Part shown: piece after piece, positions 23,646-36,545 of the stretch | How the letters are laid out: every line of letters starts with the position of its first letter | How positions within the stretch are numbered: position 1 is the stretch's first letter | Origin: Octopus vulgaris | Lineage: Eukaryota | Length of the DNA: 64,000 nucleotides | Assembly: GCA_951406725.2 (NCBI GenBank) | Contig: OX597823.1 | Span: forward strand, 40,114,001 to 40,178,000 | Direction: 5' to 3' | Program-made: the position numbers and the translations under genes | The notes under the pieces: generated by a model | What the model saw: only the letters and a program-made list of their open reading frames with translations | What the model was told of the DNA's origin: nothing | Database searches by the model: none

Positions 23646-25266
23646 CACATACACACACACACACACAAGAGTCTTCTTTCAGTTTCCAGCAACCAAAACC
23701 ATTCACAAGGCTTTGGTCAGCTCAAGGTTATAGTAGAAGACACAATTGCTAAAAGTGCTACATAGTCAGACTGAATCCAGAACCATGTGGTTGGAAGCAA
23801 CCATCTTACTACACAGTCACAACTGTGCTTATTGTTGGTGTTATGTAAATTTTTTTTTCATTTTAGGTGGAATTTTGTCAGTTTTTAGATGGAGTTCTTT
23901 TTTACCATTTGTAAATGTCAAGATTTTTGCCTAATTTTCATTATTAACCCTTAATAATTATTAAATTATTACACAGTAAGAAAGGGTCACATGAATGTGT
24001 GTGTGCCAAATGGGCAACCTCCACCACCAAAAAAAACAGAAAGCTCTTTTTCTTAAGGGTGATTTCTGTAATTGTTTTCAGTTTAAATAAATACAAAAAC
24101 TACAATAATTATTAGTTTTTCACACATTAGAAGTTATAATCTCATTACTGAAAAGGGTCATAAAGAGGTGAGCTGGTAGAATTTTTACTGCACTGGACAA
24201 AATGCTGAGCAACATTTTTTCTGGTTCCTTACATTCTGATTTCAAATACCACCGAGGTTGAATTTACCTTTCATGGTTTTGGAATCAATAAAATAAGTTA
24301 CGTAAAAGTTGAGCACTGGGATAAATTTAATTGACTAACCCACTTTCCTATAATTTCAGGCTCTGTGCCTGTAGTAGAAAGGATTATCAAAAAGTGCTGT
24401 AAAACTTTTACTTTCCTTTGATGATGGCTGTATCCATATAAAATTTTTGAAATGACTTTAGCTGGAAGAGGGTGTCTCTGGCCCTCTTATTATGAGTTGC
24501 ATGTAAAATGGAAGAAACAATACCAGAAATGAACTTTCAATTAATAGCGACACTTTATTCTTTCACTAGATAAAATCATACAGCAAACCAGATTTAAACA
24601 TCATGAAGAATGCTACCTGTAGAAAATTATACATAGTTGGTTTTTCAACTCGAACTTGGTTACATGTGCTTCAACAGAAGCAAAAATAATGTGACATAGC
24701 TTCCTGAAAACAAACTCTCCCCTCTCCTGCTCTCTCTCACATCACTGCCCATAATGATTTTACATATAAGTAAAAAGAAGCTCAGACTGACATTTAGAAT
24801 TTGCCACTTTTGATGGTCTATTGCACAATATGATTGGATATAAGCTTCATATCCCATGTAAAACGAAACCAATCCAAATGCCTGACTCGACTAAATATTT
24901 CAATGTCACATGACCAGTTACATGACCAATCATTATAGACTTACACGTAAAGCCTTTTTTAGATTATTTAAGTCTAAAACATGCATTTATGAAGTTGGTC
25001 TCATTACACATCAACTGATATCAGCTGTTACCTAATGAAACACTAATTGATGGTGCCCACCATTTAAGGGTTAGACCTGTTATACTGTAAATCACATTTC
25101 ACTAAGTAACCATAGTGATATTTATAATACCTATCAAGATATCATGTGGCACCATTTAAGAAATACAATAACATTCCTTTACGCTTGAAGAGGTACATAA
25201 TACAAATGATGATCTGGGTGTTTGAAATTTAATAGGAGTCATGTGTGCATGTGTGTGGTGTGGTGT

Positions 25267-25338
<72 letters not shown>

Positions 25339-25489
25339 ATCTTCCTAGGTATGTACACACTAATAAAGTGCTGGGTTCAACTGTCTAAACTTCTTGACTT
25401 GAAATCGAACCTTTGGTATGTGATCATGGATATTTTATAGAAATATTACTGTTATGAAGACTTGCCATTCATAAATTTGAGAAATTTTG

Positions 25490-26110
25490 TAAAAGCAGTG
25501 TTGTTGCTCTTGATATTAGCTAATCTTTCCTTAGCATCTGTTACACAGATCTCTTGATGAACCTGCTTACCTGTGCGCTTTCATCCATCATTTGATCAGT
25601 GGTCTTCTACCAGATTGCATTAACATGGTATTGCTAATGGAACTCTCTCTGACCCATATTTTACTAACACTGGTGTGTCCTAAGCTTTGACTTTGTTATT
25701 ACAATATTACTTTTATACATCAAGGAATTATTTGTTACTATCTCCAAAAATTACCTACATTCCTTTGCAGATAATACCACCATCCATTCCTTCCATAATC
25801 AAGTGTCATCCATATATAACCTAAATTCATCACTCTACATCTATACCTATTTCATGGACAAGGACTTAGAGGGTTCCATCCAAGGAAGTAATTTTAATCT
25901 TGAAACCTTCAACTACACAAAGACACAATCACAACACATATCAAGAAAACATTACCACAGCTTATTCCCCCACCCTTAATCAAACATGAGTAACATGCTG
26001 CCAGAGCCCTTAAGGGCCAAACCTCACCATAACTGAGAATCACTCCTGGTGTTGGCACATCATTAATAAAGCAAGGACTGTACCATTAAGACAGGCTTTC
26101 CTCTTACAAT
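25490..26110 (+). mobile_element. Highly degenerate LINE reverse transcriptase fragment (jockey/CR1-like)
   Basis: NGTLSDPYFTNTGVS* and HSFADNTT (FADD-like) motifs, with many stops and frameshifts. Confidence 0.5.
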
Positions 26111-28060
26111 CAGAAAATTCTTTAGTTCCAAAAATGAAAAACAACAAAAAGATAAATTAATAAATAAACCTATTAATTATCTACAAAGCTGAGCCAACCG
26201 CCAGGAGGCCTCAGGGTATACCAGGGATGAGGTGGTTGTATAATAGCCATAGAATCAGTCACTCACACTTGAGACTTCAGTTTGAAGGTGTCATGACAAT
26301 TGCTTCTGGTAGGACCCTATAGAGGAGCAACCTGAGGATTCCATGACCCTTTGCGGAATAGTGAACAGTGAAGATGGATGATGGAAGACTCACAATGGAC
26401 TATTTCCCCCAAATCTGGGCTGGTTGGTGCTGCTGTTATATTCACACAGACATTTTTGAAGCTGGCTTTTGTGTCATCTTCCATCAGGTACTCCTGACAC
26501 ACTATCTATCTTCCTCTCTTCACCCAGGCCCTACTCTAACACCTACACTCAGTTACGGTTACTTAAATGTTCACCTATTTAAATGTTCTCTATATACATG
26601 CTTTACTGCAGCGAAAGACTTGCAAATATTCAAGGAGAATGTTAATTATGTTGACCTGAATGGTCTACAAATGCTACAGGCACTGCCTCTTGCACCTAAC
26701 CAAACTAACAAAAAGAAAAAGAAGAAAAAAAGAAATAGCACAAGGTTGACCTTCCCTGACTAAACATCAAATGTATTCAAGGGTGACCATTCTGTATATA
26801 CTTTATAACTAGGAGTGGTGTTAGTCTATATTATTTTAGGCATCCTTTATCCTTTCTTTCTTTATGACAGCAGCATGAGAGCGGAGGGAGATTTCACTGA
26901 TATTTCTAGCTGACAAGTAACTATTAGAAGCTTCATTCATTGGTTTGTATCATGAAAAATAATCACGGATTGTGAGTTTTGGTATTTGGATAAAGTGCAA
27001 AGATTATAGCCAAGTGATAGTTTTTATGAATATAGAAGAAATAGAAAGGATTTTTTGTGTTTGCTCTTGTAACTGTTGAATGAGAGATGAACATGTTACT
27101 AACACCTTTACAAGACGTTTCTGTAGTTACAGTTCCTAAAGAAAGATATTTCAGGTTAAGCGGATACAGAGGAAGATCTGATACTTGAGTATAACAGCTT
27201 AGTTGTTAGTAGATTACAGTCAAGAATAAGATCTGGTTTCAATTTCCCCCAATGGAAAATACTTCATCTGAGTCAGTGAATGTATTAAAATATAAAACAC
27301 CTATAAATATCACACCTTACTTCGACTCCAGTGTTGGGAGTGAGTGAGAGAGTGAGTTATAACACTTTAAACACTGAGGCATTTGAGGAGTGTTCAACAT
27401 TGAATATAAAACCTGTCTAGGTTCTACACAAACTTCCATTTAAAGCTAGTTTCTATATTTGTTTGTTTATATATGTTTTGATGTAGGTCATAGTCTTTAG
27501 TTGAGAGCTCAGTGCATTGGCAAGTTCTCTGCCCTGTCTGTCTGGCTGTTTGTTTGTCTGACTGTCTAACACCCGCTCCCCACCACTGTCTGTCAGTCTC
27601 TCTCTCTCTCTCTCTCCTTTTCTTGCTGCCCTTTGAACCTGTAATGCTTGAAACTTCCTGCCTACACATACGCACAACTCAGACATATTATATACATATA
27701 TAATTATATATGTTTACACACACACACACGAACACACACACACACACACCTATACATATACATATGCAACTCACACTCACATACATAAACATACACACAC
27801 ACACACACATACCCACAGAAATTGATAGATTCCTATGAAGCCATTCAGTTGTTCATTTATCAAGACCTGCCATCAGTGGAGGTTTAACTTTCTGTTATCT
27901 AATCACCAGCATATCAAATAGTTGTAGTTTAGTAATGTTACCTGTCATATACTGAAGTGTCACTTTTTCCTTCTAACAACACATACTTGTGCACACACAC
28001 ACACACACACATGTACAAATATATATGGATGTGTATGGTGTGTATGTGTATGTGTGTGTG

Positions 28061-28369
28061 TAGCAAAATTTAGATTCAAATGAATATGGTACTTAATTTA
28101 GATGCACCAGAATTTTGTATGGTGTTATCCATAAAAATTTGCGGGGTGATTATAATAAAAAATAAGCAACAAGAATGACTCCAGTAATTTGGTACAATTG
28201 TTTCGCACTACATCATTTTATTAAAAGTTGTAAGTATTACAACAGATTTAAGATGCTGAGTGCTCATCAGCCAATTAAATAGGTTTTTCATTAATATAAA
28301 AGCTTTCAAATTTGAAAGCTTTTACCAAATTGTACCAAATTACTGGAGTCATTCTTGTTGCTTATTTTG

Positions 28370-28373
<4 letters not shown>
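28061..28373. mobile_element. Third HHR element family (copy 1) with a short inverted tail, between (TG)n and (TA)n
   Basis: About 28328-28372 is the reverse complement of about 28155-28199; homologous to 29303-30150. Confidence 0.8.
28189..28274 (-). ncRNA. Type I hammerhead ribozyme
   Basis: Minus strand: TTGG-CTGATGA-GCAC...GTGC-GAAA-C-AATT-GTA-CCAA. Confidence 0.85.
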
Positions 28374-28410
<37 letters not shown>

Positions 28411-28469
28411 ACACACACACACATATATATTTCATAAATGAATAAATATTCAAAAAAATATTTATGTAG

Positions 28470-28637
28470 ATAATATGGCTGTCCTGGAAGGGACACTGTT
28501 ACTGTTTATTAATCTCAAGAAACATCGTTTCTAGCTGGCTATACATCATATTATCTGTGTCCTTATAGCCAGCTAGACACAACTTTTCTTTGGGCTAATA
28601 AATAGTTACAACGTCCCTTCCAGGACAGCCATATTAT
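28470..28637. mobile_element. MITE-like hairpin element of about 168 bp
   Basis: Perfect 25-bp TIRs ATAATATGGCTGTCCTGGAAGGGAC / GTCCCTTCCAGGACAGCCATATTAT, plus an inner TCTAGCTGGCTATA / TATAGCCAGCTAGA pair. Confidence 0.75.
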
Positions 28638-28731
28638 GTTGGAAATTAAATTTTACTTTAAAGAAATGTTACTGAATGTCTCTCTTGAGAGATTTAGAAA
28701 TAATACTATTTCTATTTATATAGATATTATT

Positions 28732-28779
<48 letters not shown>

Positions 28780-28783
<4 letters not shown>

Positions 28784-29097
28784 AGATGTACTCGCATAGC
28801 AAGTAATTTGATCTGAGATCGTGTGCTGAAATGAAAACAATTGCAGCGTGGAAGGTGTTTATAAGCCATTTAAGAAACACACAAAAGCCGTTCGATTCAC
28901 TTCAACATTTAAGTTTAATTTGTCAAAATATTTTCGTCGCTAAAATCCGCGACCTGTTCACTGACAAAAACCCGTGCTGCAGCACGATTTTAGCGACGAA
29001 AATATTTTGACAAATTAAACTTAAATGTTGAAGTGAATCGAACGGCTTTTGTGTGTTTCTTAAATGGCTTATAAACACCTTCCACGCTGCAATTGTT
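28780..29097. mobile_element. Foldback element in (TA)n with about 110-bp perfect arms
   Basis: About 28836-28947 and 28986-29097 are reverse complements; a single-arm homolog lies at about 14511-14650. Confidence 0.75.
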
Positions 29098-29302
29098 ATA
29101 TATATATATATATATCTATAAATAAAAATTAGAAAAAAAACACCTTTATCAATTCAAAATGAACAATTAAATTACACCATCTAGAAAATTAAATATAATA
29201 GAAATATTAAAATTAAAATAACAATAATATACCGATGATTAAGTAAATTATTATAATTATTATTATTATTATTAATATTATATATATATATATATATAAG
29301 TT

Positions 29303-30146
29303 CAGCAAAACTTTAGATTCAAATGAATATGGTACTTGATTTAGATGCTCCAGAATTCTGTATAGTGTTATCCATAAAAATCCGTGGGGTGATTAGAATC
29401 AAAATAAGCAACAAGAATGACTCCGGTAGATTGGTACGATCGTTTCGTACTCTTAGAAGCACTCCGTCGGTTACGACGATGAGGGTTCCGGTTGATCCGA
29501 ATCAACGGAACAGCCTGCTCGTGAAATTAACGTGTAAGTGGCTGAGCACTCCACAGACACGTGCACCCTTAACGTAGTTCTCGGGGATATTCAGCGTGAC
29601 ACAGAGAGTGACAAGGCCGGCCCCTTGAAATACAGGTACAACAGAAATGGGAAGTAAGAGCAAGAGAAAGTTGTGGTGAAAGAGTACAGCAGGGATCCCC
29701 ACCATCCCCTGCCGGAGCCTCGTGGTGCTTTTAGGTGTTTTCGCTCAATAAACACTCACAACGCCCGGTCTGGGAATCGAAACCGTGATCCTATGACCGC
29801 AAGTCCGCTGCCCTAACCACTGGGCCATTGCGCCTCCACCGTTTCGTACTACATCATTTTATTAAATGTAAGTATTACAACAGTTTTAAAATGCTGAGCA
29901 CTCATCAGCCAATTATAGAGGTTTTCCATTAATACAAAAATTTTCATATCAAGTGGCAACATTATAGAGAAGGTAGATATATAGACAAAGATGTGGATTA
30001 AAATTTTAAGAACATTTGAGTTAGTGGAGCCCATCAACTGACTGACTAAGATTCGGTTGTTCCAGAATACTTACAACATTTAATAAAATGATGTAGTATG
30101 AAACGATCGTACCAAACTACCAGAGTCATTCTTGTTGCTTATTTTG

Positions 30147-30150
<4 letters not shown>
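29303..30150. mobile_element. Third HHR family (copy 2), ribozyme interrupted by a SINE, with inverted tail
   Basis: Homologous to 28061-28373; CTGATGA half at about 29903-29913 and GAAAC-GATC-GTA half at about 29431-29446, both on the minus strand. Confidence 0.8.
29452..29839 (-). mobile_element. tRNA-derived SINE with 11-bp target-site duplication
   Basis: Head GTGGAGGCGCAATGGCCCAGTGGTTAGG...GGTTTCGATTCCC (A/B boxes); TSD CGTTTCGTACT at 29441-29451 and 29840-29850. Confidence 0.9.
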
Positions 30151-30189
<39 letters not shown>

Positions 30190-30520
30190 GTATATATATG
30201 TAATTTTAAGATACAAAGATCTAAGTGTAGGAAGTTTGTAAGCTTTGAGAACTCCATGGTAAGTATAAAAAACAACTTGCAGGAACTATGATTAGTTTGT
30301 TGCTGTAGAAGGTTGTAGGCTTATCCCATATCAAAGTCTAATAAACTAAAAAATGGAACAGGTAAAATTCAGGCTGCATCTGTCTCCAAGCTAGTAGAAC
30401 CCCAGAAGTAATAATTACTCAGTGATGGGTACTCCACTAGTACCCCAAAATACCTTAATTAAATGAAGGTTACAGTGTCGTCCAAGGAACCTGAGTTAAC
30501 TCACAGGAGATGCAATTTAA

Positions 30521-30558
<38 letters not shown>

Positions 30559-30599
30559 TTGTGATGCCAGTAACCTTATGGTTTGTAACACTAACTTCA

Positions 30600-32672
30600 G
30601 GAAACCTGCCAGTCACCTATTCACCTACTGATCTGCTAGACACACTTGTCAAATTGACTACATCCTCGCTAGGAAACGGGAAAGATGGCTACTTATAAAT
30701 GCCAAAACCTTCCCAGGTGAAGAATGCAGCCCACAACATAGATTAGTAGTTAGCAATTTCAGGATCAGGGCTAAATGGATGCCCAGAAAATGACCAGCAT
30801 AGAGGAGAAGGGTCTGGAAGCTTAAGGATCCTGTGAATGGACAGAGATTTAGAGATGTATTACTCGAAGCTTTTGATGAAATAGAGGGGGATATAGCATC
30901 ACATGATGTGGAAGACAACTGAAGGTTTCTTCAAGACAATCTTTTGAGGGCCACTGACCAGATCTGTGGATGGTGCAAAGTCCCCTCTCAACCTAAGGTA
31001 ATGTGGTGATGGAACTATGTAGTTGATAGGGCCAACAGGGAAAAGAAACAGGCATGGAAGGACTGGAAGGACGGTGGTAGCAGAGAATTGTATCAGACTG
31101 CCCAATGGGAAGCTAGGAGACAGGTTTATTTAGCCAGAGGGGAAGCAGATAAGAAAAAATTTGCCAATGTTCTGCGTCATGAGGACCAAAGACTTGAGGT
31201 GTTTCATGCTGCAAGACAATGCGTGAGAGAGAATTGTGATGTCATAGGAGAGAAATGTGTCTGCATGGATGATGACTCACTTGCATTTAACAAGGCTGCA
31301 AGGAAAGGGACTTGGAGATGCCACTATGAAAGGTTGCTAAATAAAGAGAATGAATGGGAGAAAGAGAGTTTGCTGAATGTCGACTCAACAGAGGGACCAG
31401 ATATCCAATTTGACAGTATCTTGGTAGATAAAGCAATTAAGGGTATGAAGACAGGGAAAGCCTCTGGCCCATCAAGAATCCCCACAGAGGTGCTTAAAAT
31501 ATCTGGTGGTGTCAGCTATAGTTTAGTCACCCGTATAGTCAACCAGATGATACATGAAGGAGTCATACTCAATGACTGGTGTAGTAGCACTATAGTCAAC
31601 TGCTACAAAGGTAAAGGTGACACATTAGATGCAAATAATTATAGAGGTATCAAGTTGTTGGATCAGGTAATGAAAGTTACAGAGAGGGTCATAGCCCAAC
31701 TAATTAGGGAGAGAGTCAGTGTAGATGAGATGCAGTTTGGGTTTGTGCCAGGGAAAAGCACCACTGATTTCTGTTAAAATAGTTGCAGGAGAAATACCTA
31801 GCCAAAGATAAACCTTTATACCTGGCTTTTGTTGGCATGGAGAAAGCCTTTGACAGGATCCCCTGATCTCCTATCTGATGGTCAATGAGGAAACTAGTGA
31901 TAGATGAATGGTTAGTGAGAGCTGTAGATGCCATGTACAGGGATACTATCAGTAAGGTGAGGGTTGATGAAGAGTACAATTTAGAATTCCGGGTAAGGAT
32001 AGGGTCCACCAAGGATCAGTCCTCAGCCCCTCTTATTCATCATAGTCCTCCAAGCAATAACAGAGGAATTCAAGATAGGATGCCCCTGGGAGCTTCTATA
32101 TGCTCATGATCTTGCTCTAATTGCTGAGTCATTATCAGAACTTGAGGAGAAGTTTCAGATGTGGAAGCAAGGTTTAGAATGGAAAGGCTTTAGAGTCAAC
32201 CTAGCAAAAACCAAAGTCTTAATAAGTAGGAAGGCAGACAAACCACAAATCTCTTCAGGTAGATGGCCCTGCTCGATCTGTAGAAAAGGCTTAGGTAGAA
32301 AATCCATAAGATGTACCCAGTTATATGCTATGGACACATAAGAGGTGCAGCAATATCAAAGGAAGGCTAACTGGGAAGACAGTTTTTGTGTGTGGCAAAT
32401 GTTCAGGAGCAATAAACATTGAAAACATGCAGAGAACAGCTTTCATCACATTCCAGGGGAAAAAAACTACAAGTAGTTGATAGCTTCCATACCCTAGGTG
32501 ACCAAGTCAGTAGCAAGAGTGGATGTTCTGAAAGTGTAGCTGCTAGAGTAAGGATAGCTTGGGCAAAGTTCAGAAAGCTCCTACTTCTGCTGGTGACAAA
32601 GGACTTCTTGCTCAGAGTAAAAGGTAGACTGTATGATGCATGTGCATGAACAGCTATGCTACATGGCAGTGA
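30600..32672 (+). mobile_element. RTE-clade LINE ORF2 remnant (RT plus downstream Cys-rich finger), frameshifted
   Basis: MKTGKASGP, YKGKGD..DANNYRGIKLL, QFGFVPGKSTTD, MEKAFD, LYAHDL (YADD-like), WPCSICRK, IAWAKFR. Confidence 0.9.
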
Positions 32673-34770
32673 AATGATCCAAGCGAGTTCATAGGTTCAT
32701 AGTTCAGAGTTGAGTGTATTTCATGTTAGTAACAATCAATATTCCTTGTGATCTAACCAATTGTTGGTTCGTAAAGAGATTTGTTAGTTCATTACATTGT
32801 TTTTACTGTTGTCTGGTTATCTTATGTATTGTACATAACAAATTACATTACAACATCTGGTGACAAGGGTTTCGAAGCTCACATAGGTTATTTAACAATT
32901 TGTTCATGATACAACTTTTTAGGAAGACCTGTTAGATTCCATAGTACAGTCGCAAAAGTGACAACAAGAGTAGCAACAAGAACTGCGGAAGTAACTATTA
33001 TAGCAGCAACTACAACAACAACAACAATTATTGGAGCTATATTAAAAAATGAGGTTCGTTTTCACCAAATGGTATTTCGAATTCGATTAATGAATTCACT
33101 TATAACTTAGGAGAAGGAATAACTCATACTACAGAAGGTACAAGGAGATTTTTAAGCAAGATTGCAAATCATGGTCAGACAAACAAGAAGTGAGATTGTT
33201 ATTGTGGAAATTGTCTTTATTAGAGCATGAACATTACTGTAATTTCATATTGGCCCCACCCCAAAAAACCCCCAATGAAATCTGTTTTAAAGAAACAATA
33301 GAATTACTGTCTAACATATTCAGTGACAAAATATTCTCTATTTAATGCTTTAATGGAATGCTGGAATATAATGACAAAAGAGAATGAACAGGAACAGTCA
33401 ACAAGATGTGTGAAAGTTTTAAACTCAAAGAACTTACACCTGAGATGTTCTAGTGTCTTATTTTCATAGAAGGCCTTAAAGCAAGCAAAGATACAGAAAT
33501 TCAGGCAAGAATTCTTTCTAAACTGGAACAAGTGAACTAAGATCTAACCTTACAGTTCATGACAGAAAAATGCCAAAGGATGGTAAACCTGAAACATGAT
33601 GTAGAAAAAATTCAAGAAAAGGATTCCTCAAAAATACATATATGCTGACTGGACAGGTACAACCAAAGCAGATTGCCACATGCTAATCCATGTTAGGGAT
33701 GTGGGGGCATACATTTCAGAAAAGGCTGTCCATTTAAAGTAAAAAATGTTACAGTTACAAAAGAATTGGTCACAAGAGTTCACACTGTAGAACAAAATTA
33801 CAAAGGTCAAACATTAAAAATCTTAGTGTGTTCTCAGCAGAAAGAAAAATTGACTCCCAAATAAGAAAATTCATACATGTAAAAATAAATTGAATACATA
33901 TTAAACTTAAATTGGATACTGGAAGTGATATTCAAATAACAAACAGGAACACATGGAAGAAAATAGGGAAACCTAAGTTGAGAAAAACAGCGAAATCTGC
34001 TCATAGCGTGACTGGTGACAAAGTGCATTTCATAGACATAATGTGGATGACTGTCAAATTTCGGGGGAAAACATGTAAGGCAAAAGTCTTCTTCGCTAAA
34101 AATGAAACCGAACTGTTTGGTACTAATTAGTTAGAATTATTTGATTTATGGGACCTCCCCATAAATCTTTATTGTAAAAACATAAGTGGTTATCCCTCTA
34201 AAAATAATCTGTCTGAAGAGTTAAAGAAAAAATTTTTAAAATGTTTCTGCAAGTACTCTCAGATAAACTAGGTCTATATACAAAGACTGAAGCATATTTT
34301 GAATTAGATGATAATGTTACCCCTGTGTTCAAGCCTGATAAAAAAGTGCCTTTTGCAGTAATAAAGTGCTGTGTGCAACAAACGATACTACCTTTAAAGT
34401 TGGGAAACAATTAAGATACAACAGTTAAAAAAAAAAAGAGGGAGAGGAGCTGGAAAGAAGAAAAATAAAAGAAATTCCACTTTCTCACAGTAGTCAAAAT
34501 TTCAAAAGGGGAGATGCGATGAGAGTTATGACGCCCCCTTGTGAGAGATAGACTGGTCTGAGTAAAGTATAAATAGTAATGATCCGAATGAGTTCATAGG
34601 TTCAGAGTTCAGAGTTGAGTGAAGTTTATTTTAGTTCACAGTGAAGTCGCAAGGTTAGATCACAAGGAATATTTATTGTTGGTTTGTAAAGAGATAAGTT
34701 AGTTCGTTACATTGTTTTTACTGTTGTCTGGTTATTTTATGTATAGTACGCAACAAATTACATTACCACA
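32673..34770 (+). mobile_element. Internally deleted Ty3/Gypsy LTR retrotransposon
   Basis: Partial 5' LTR 32673-32855, PBS-like TGGTGAC at 32858, gag zinc-knuckle remnants (CGGIHFRKGCPF, GHKSSHC), protease LDTGSDI, VTPVFKP..KVPFA, PPT AAAAGGGGAGA and 3' LTR 34515-34770 (TG...CA). Confidence 0.85.
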
Positions 34771-36446
34771 AAAACTGATGGTGATAATGATGATGATGCT
34801 GCTGCTGATGATGATGGTGATGACAATGATGATGATGATGACGATGACGACGACGATGACGATGACAAATATTTTCATTTATGTTTAACAGTAGAAACTT
34901 TTTAATAAAAGTGTCTTTGACAAATTTTGCATGCATCTTGGACAGACTACATGTAAGGTTAAATATTTGGAGTTTTTGATAATTGTAGTAGACTGAGGCT
35001 GCCAGGCTCAGTTTGGTTGAAACATGGAAGTGTTCCAAAATGACCATTCTACAGAGAACATTGTATTGGGAAATATGACTCCACTCCCTTCAACATGAAC
35101 CAAAGTTAAGATATAAAGACTGTCTTTAATTTGATCTGAAAATGTATATGTTTAAGTATAAAGCTGGGATCAAACTTAATTGGCAGAGAAACATGGAAAA
35201 ACATGATCTATATTAGTTGGCATAAAAGACACATGAGCAAGTGACGATTATATGCACCAAATAAATGACAGGAGAAATATATTAGTTGATGTAGCCTTTG
35301 TTTTACCATTACTATATAAGATCACCTGCAGTTCTGTTATCCTTTTTGTAGGTAGTTAAGTTCAGCTATAAGTGACTGCTAGAAGATGGATGGATGAAGT
35401 GAGAAAGAGTAAAAGAATTTACCTCTCTGTGTTGACAAGTAAAGAGAGTGAAAGTTGTATTGTCCTGAAGTGACGAGTCATTACTGAAGGGCCACTTTGA
35501 GCAGGTTCCAGGGAAAAGAGAGAGAATTAAGTTTGTGTATTTTATGCATGCTGAAAAGCTAGATGTATGTCAGAGAACAATGGAAAGTAAATGGGTTTAT
35601 CTCTGTTAAACTGTATCCAACTAACAAAGTTAATTTTAAAAAATGATACTTAACTAAGTGTCATACTTGACAGTCAAATTTTTAAGCACCAATACCAAGA
35701 ACAATAGGAAGGAACTCATAGAAAAACCTAGGCTAAGTTTTCAGTTCTTGGCTAAGAATCCAGGAAGCAAGGTTAGTTCACAAGGAATATTGATTGTTGG
35801 TTCGTAAAGAGATAAGTATATTAGATGTATTCCAATTTTGACAGTACATATTCAGGAGAGAAGTTTTAGTGTATGTAATATGTAATATTGGCATGTAACA
35901 TGTATTGACCCAGCTTTTCTTATTTGGATTGGGGGTGACTTTTGAGACAACTTTTTGGAAAAAATAGTTTGTTTTATATGCTGTGACATGCATATACTAA
36001 ATGTATCCAAGGATTTCAAAGAGAATCATGAAGAGATTAAAAGCAAAATTAAAATGAGATGCACAAAAGAGAAACACACCATGGACATTAGAAGTCTGTG
36101 AAAATGTTCAAATTGTAATTGAGCTTGTCTTATTAAGTGCTCAAGGTTATATGGAACAAAGCCAGCTAATAATAGATCATTCCCACCAAAGAGAATGTAA
36201 GAGTAAGCTTGCCAATCATGTAAAAAGCTTACGAACATGTGAAAAGGCACAAGCCTGGACACAATAGCAATTGTCATACTTCTGGAATGCATTTATTTCA
36301 AGTAAGATATTTTTGGAAAGGTTGGCCTAAAAACTGCAAACCATTAACTGGGCTAAACAAGCATTGATCACATTCATTATTGGATCAAGTATTAACCTAT
36401 ATAAACACACTCAAATGGGTGTGTTTCTATCTATCTGTCTGTCTGT

Positions 36447-36545
<99 letters not shown>

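Noticed and set aside
23943-25073. Possible TTAA-ended non-autonomous transposon (TTAACCCTTAA...TTAAGGGTTAG)
   Set aside because: The terminal match is only about 10 bp in AT-rich DNA, too little support without other copies.
29760-29839. tRNA-like sequence (also near 49000, 55520 and 62931)
   Set aside because: These are SINE heads with A/B boxes continuing into SINE bodies, not complete tRNA genes.
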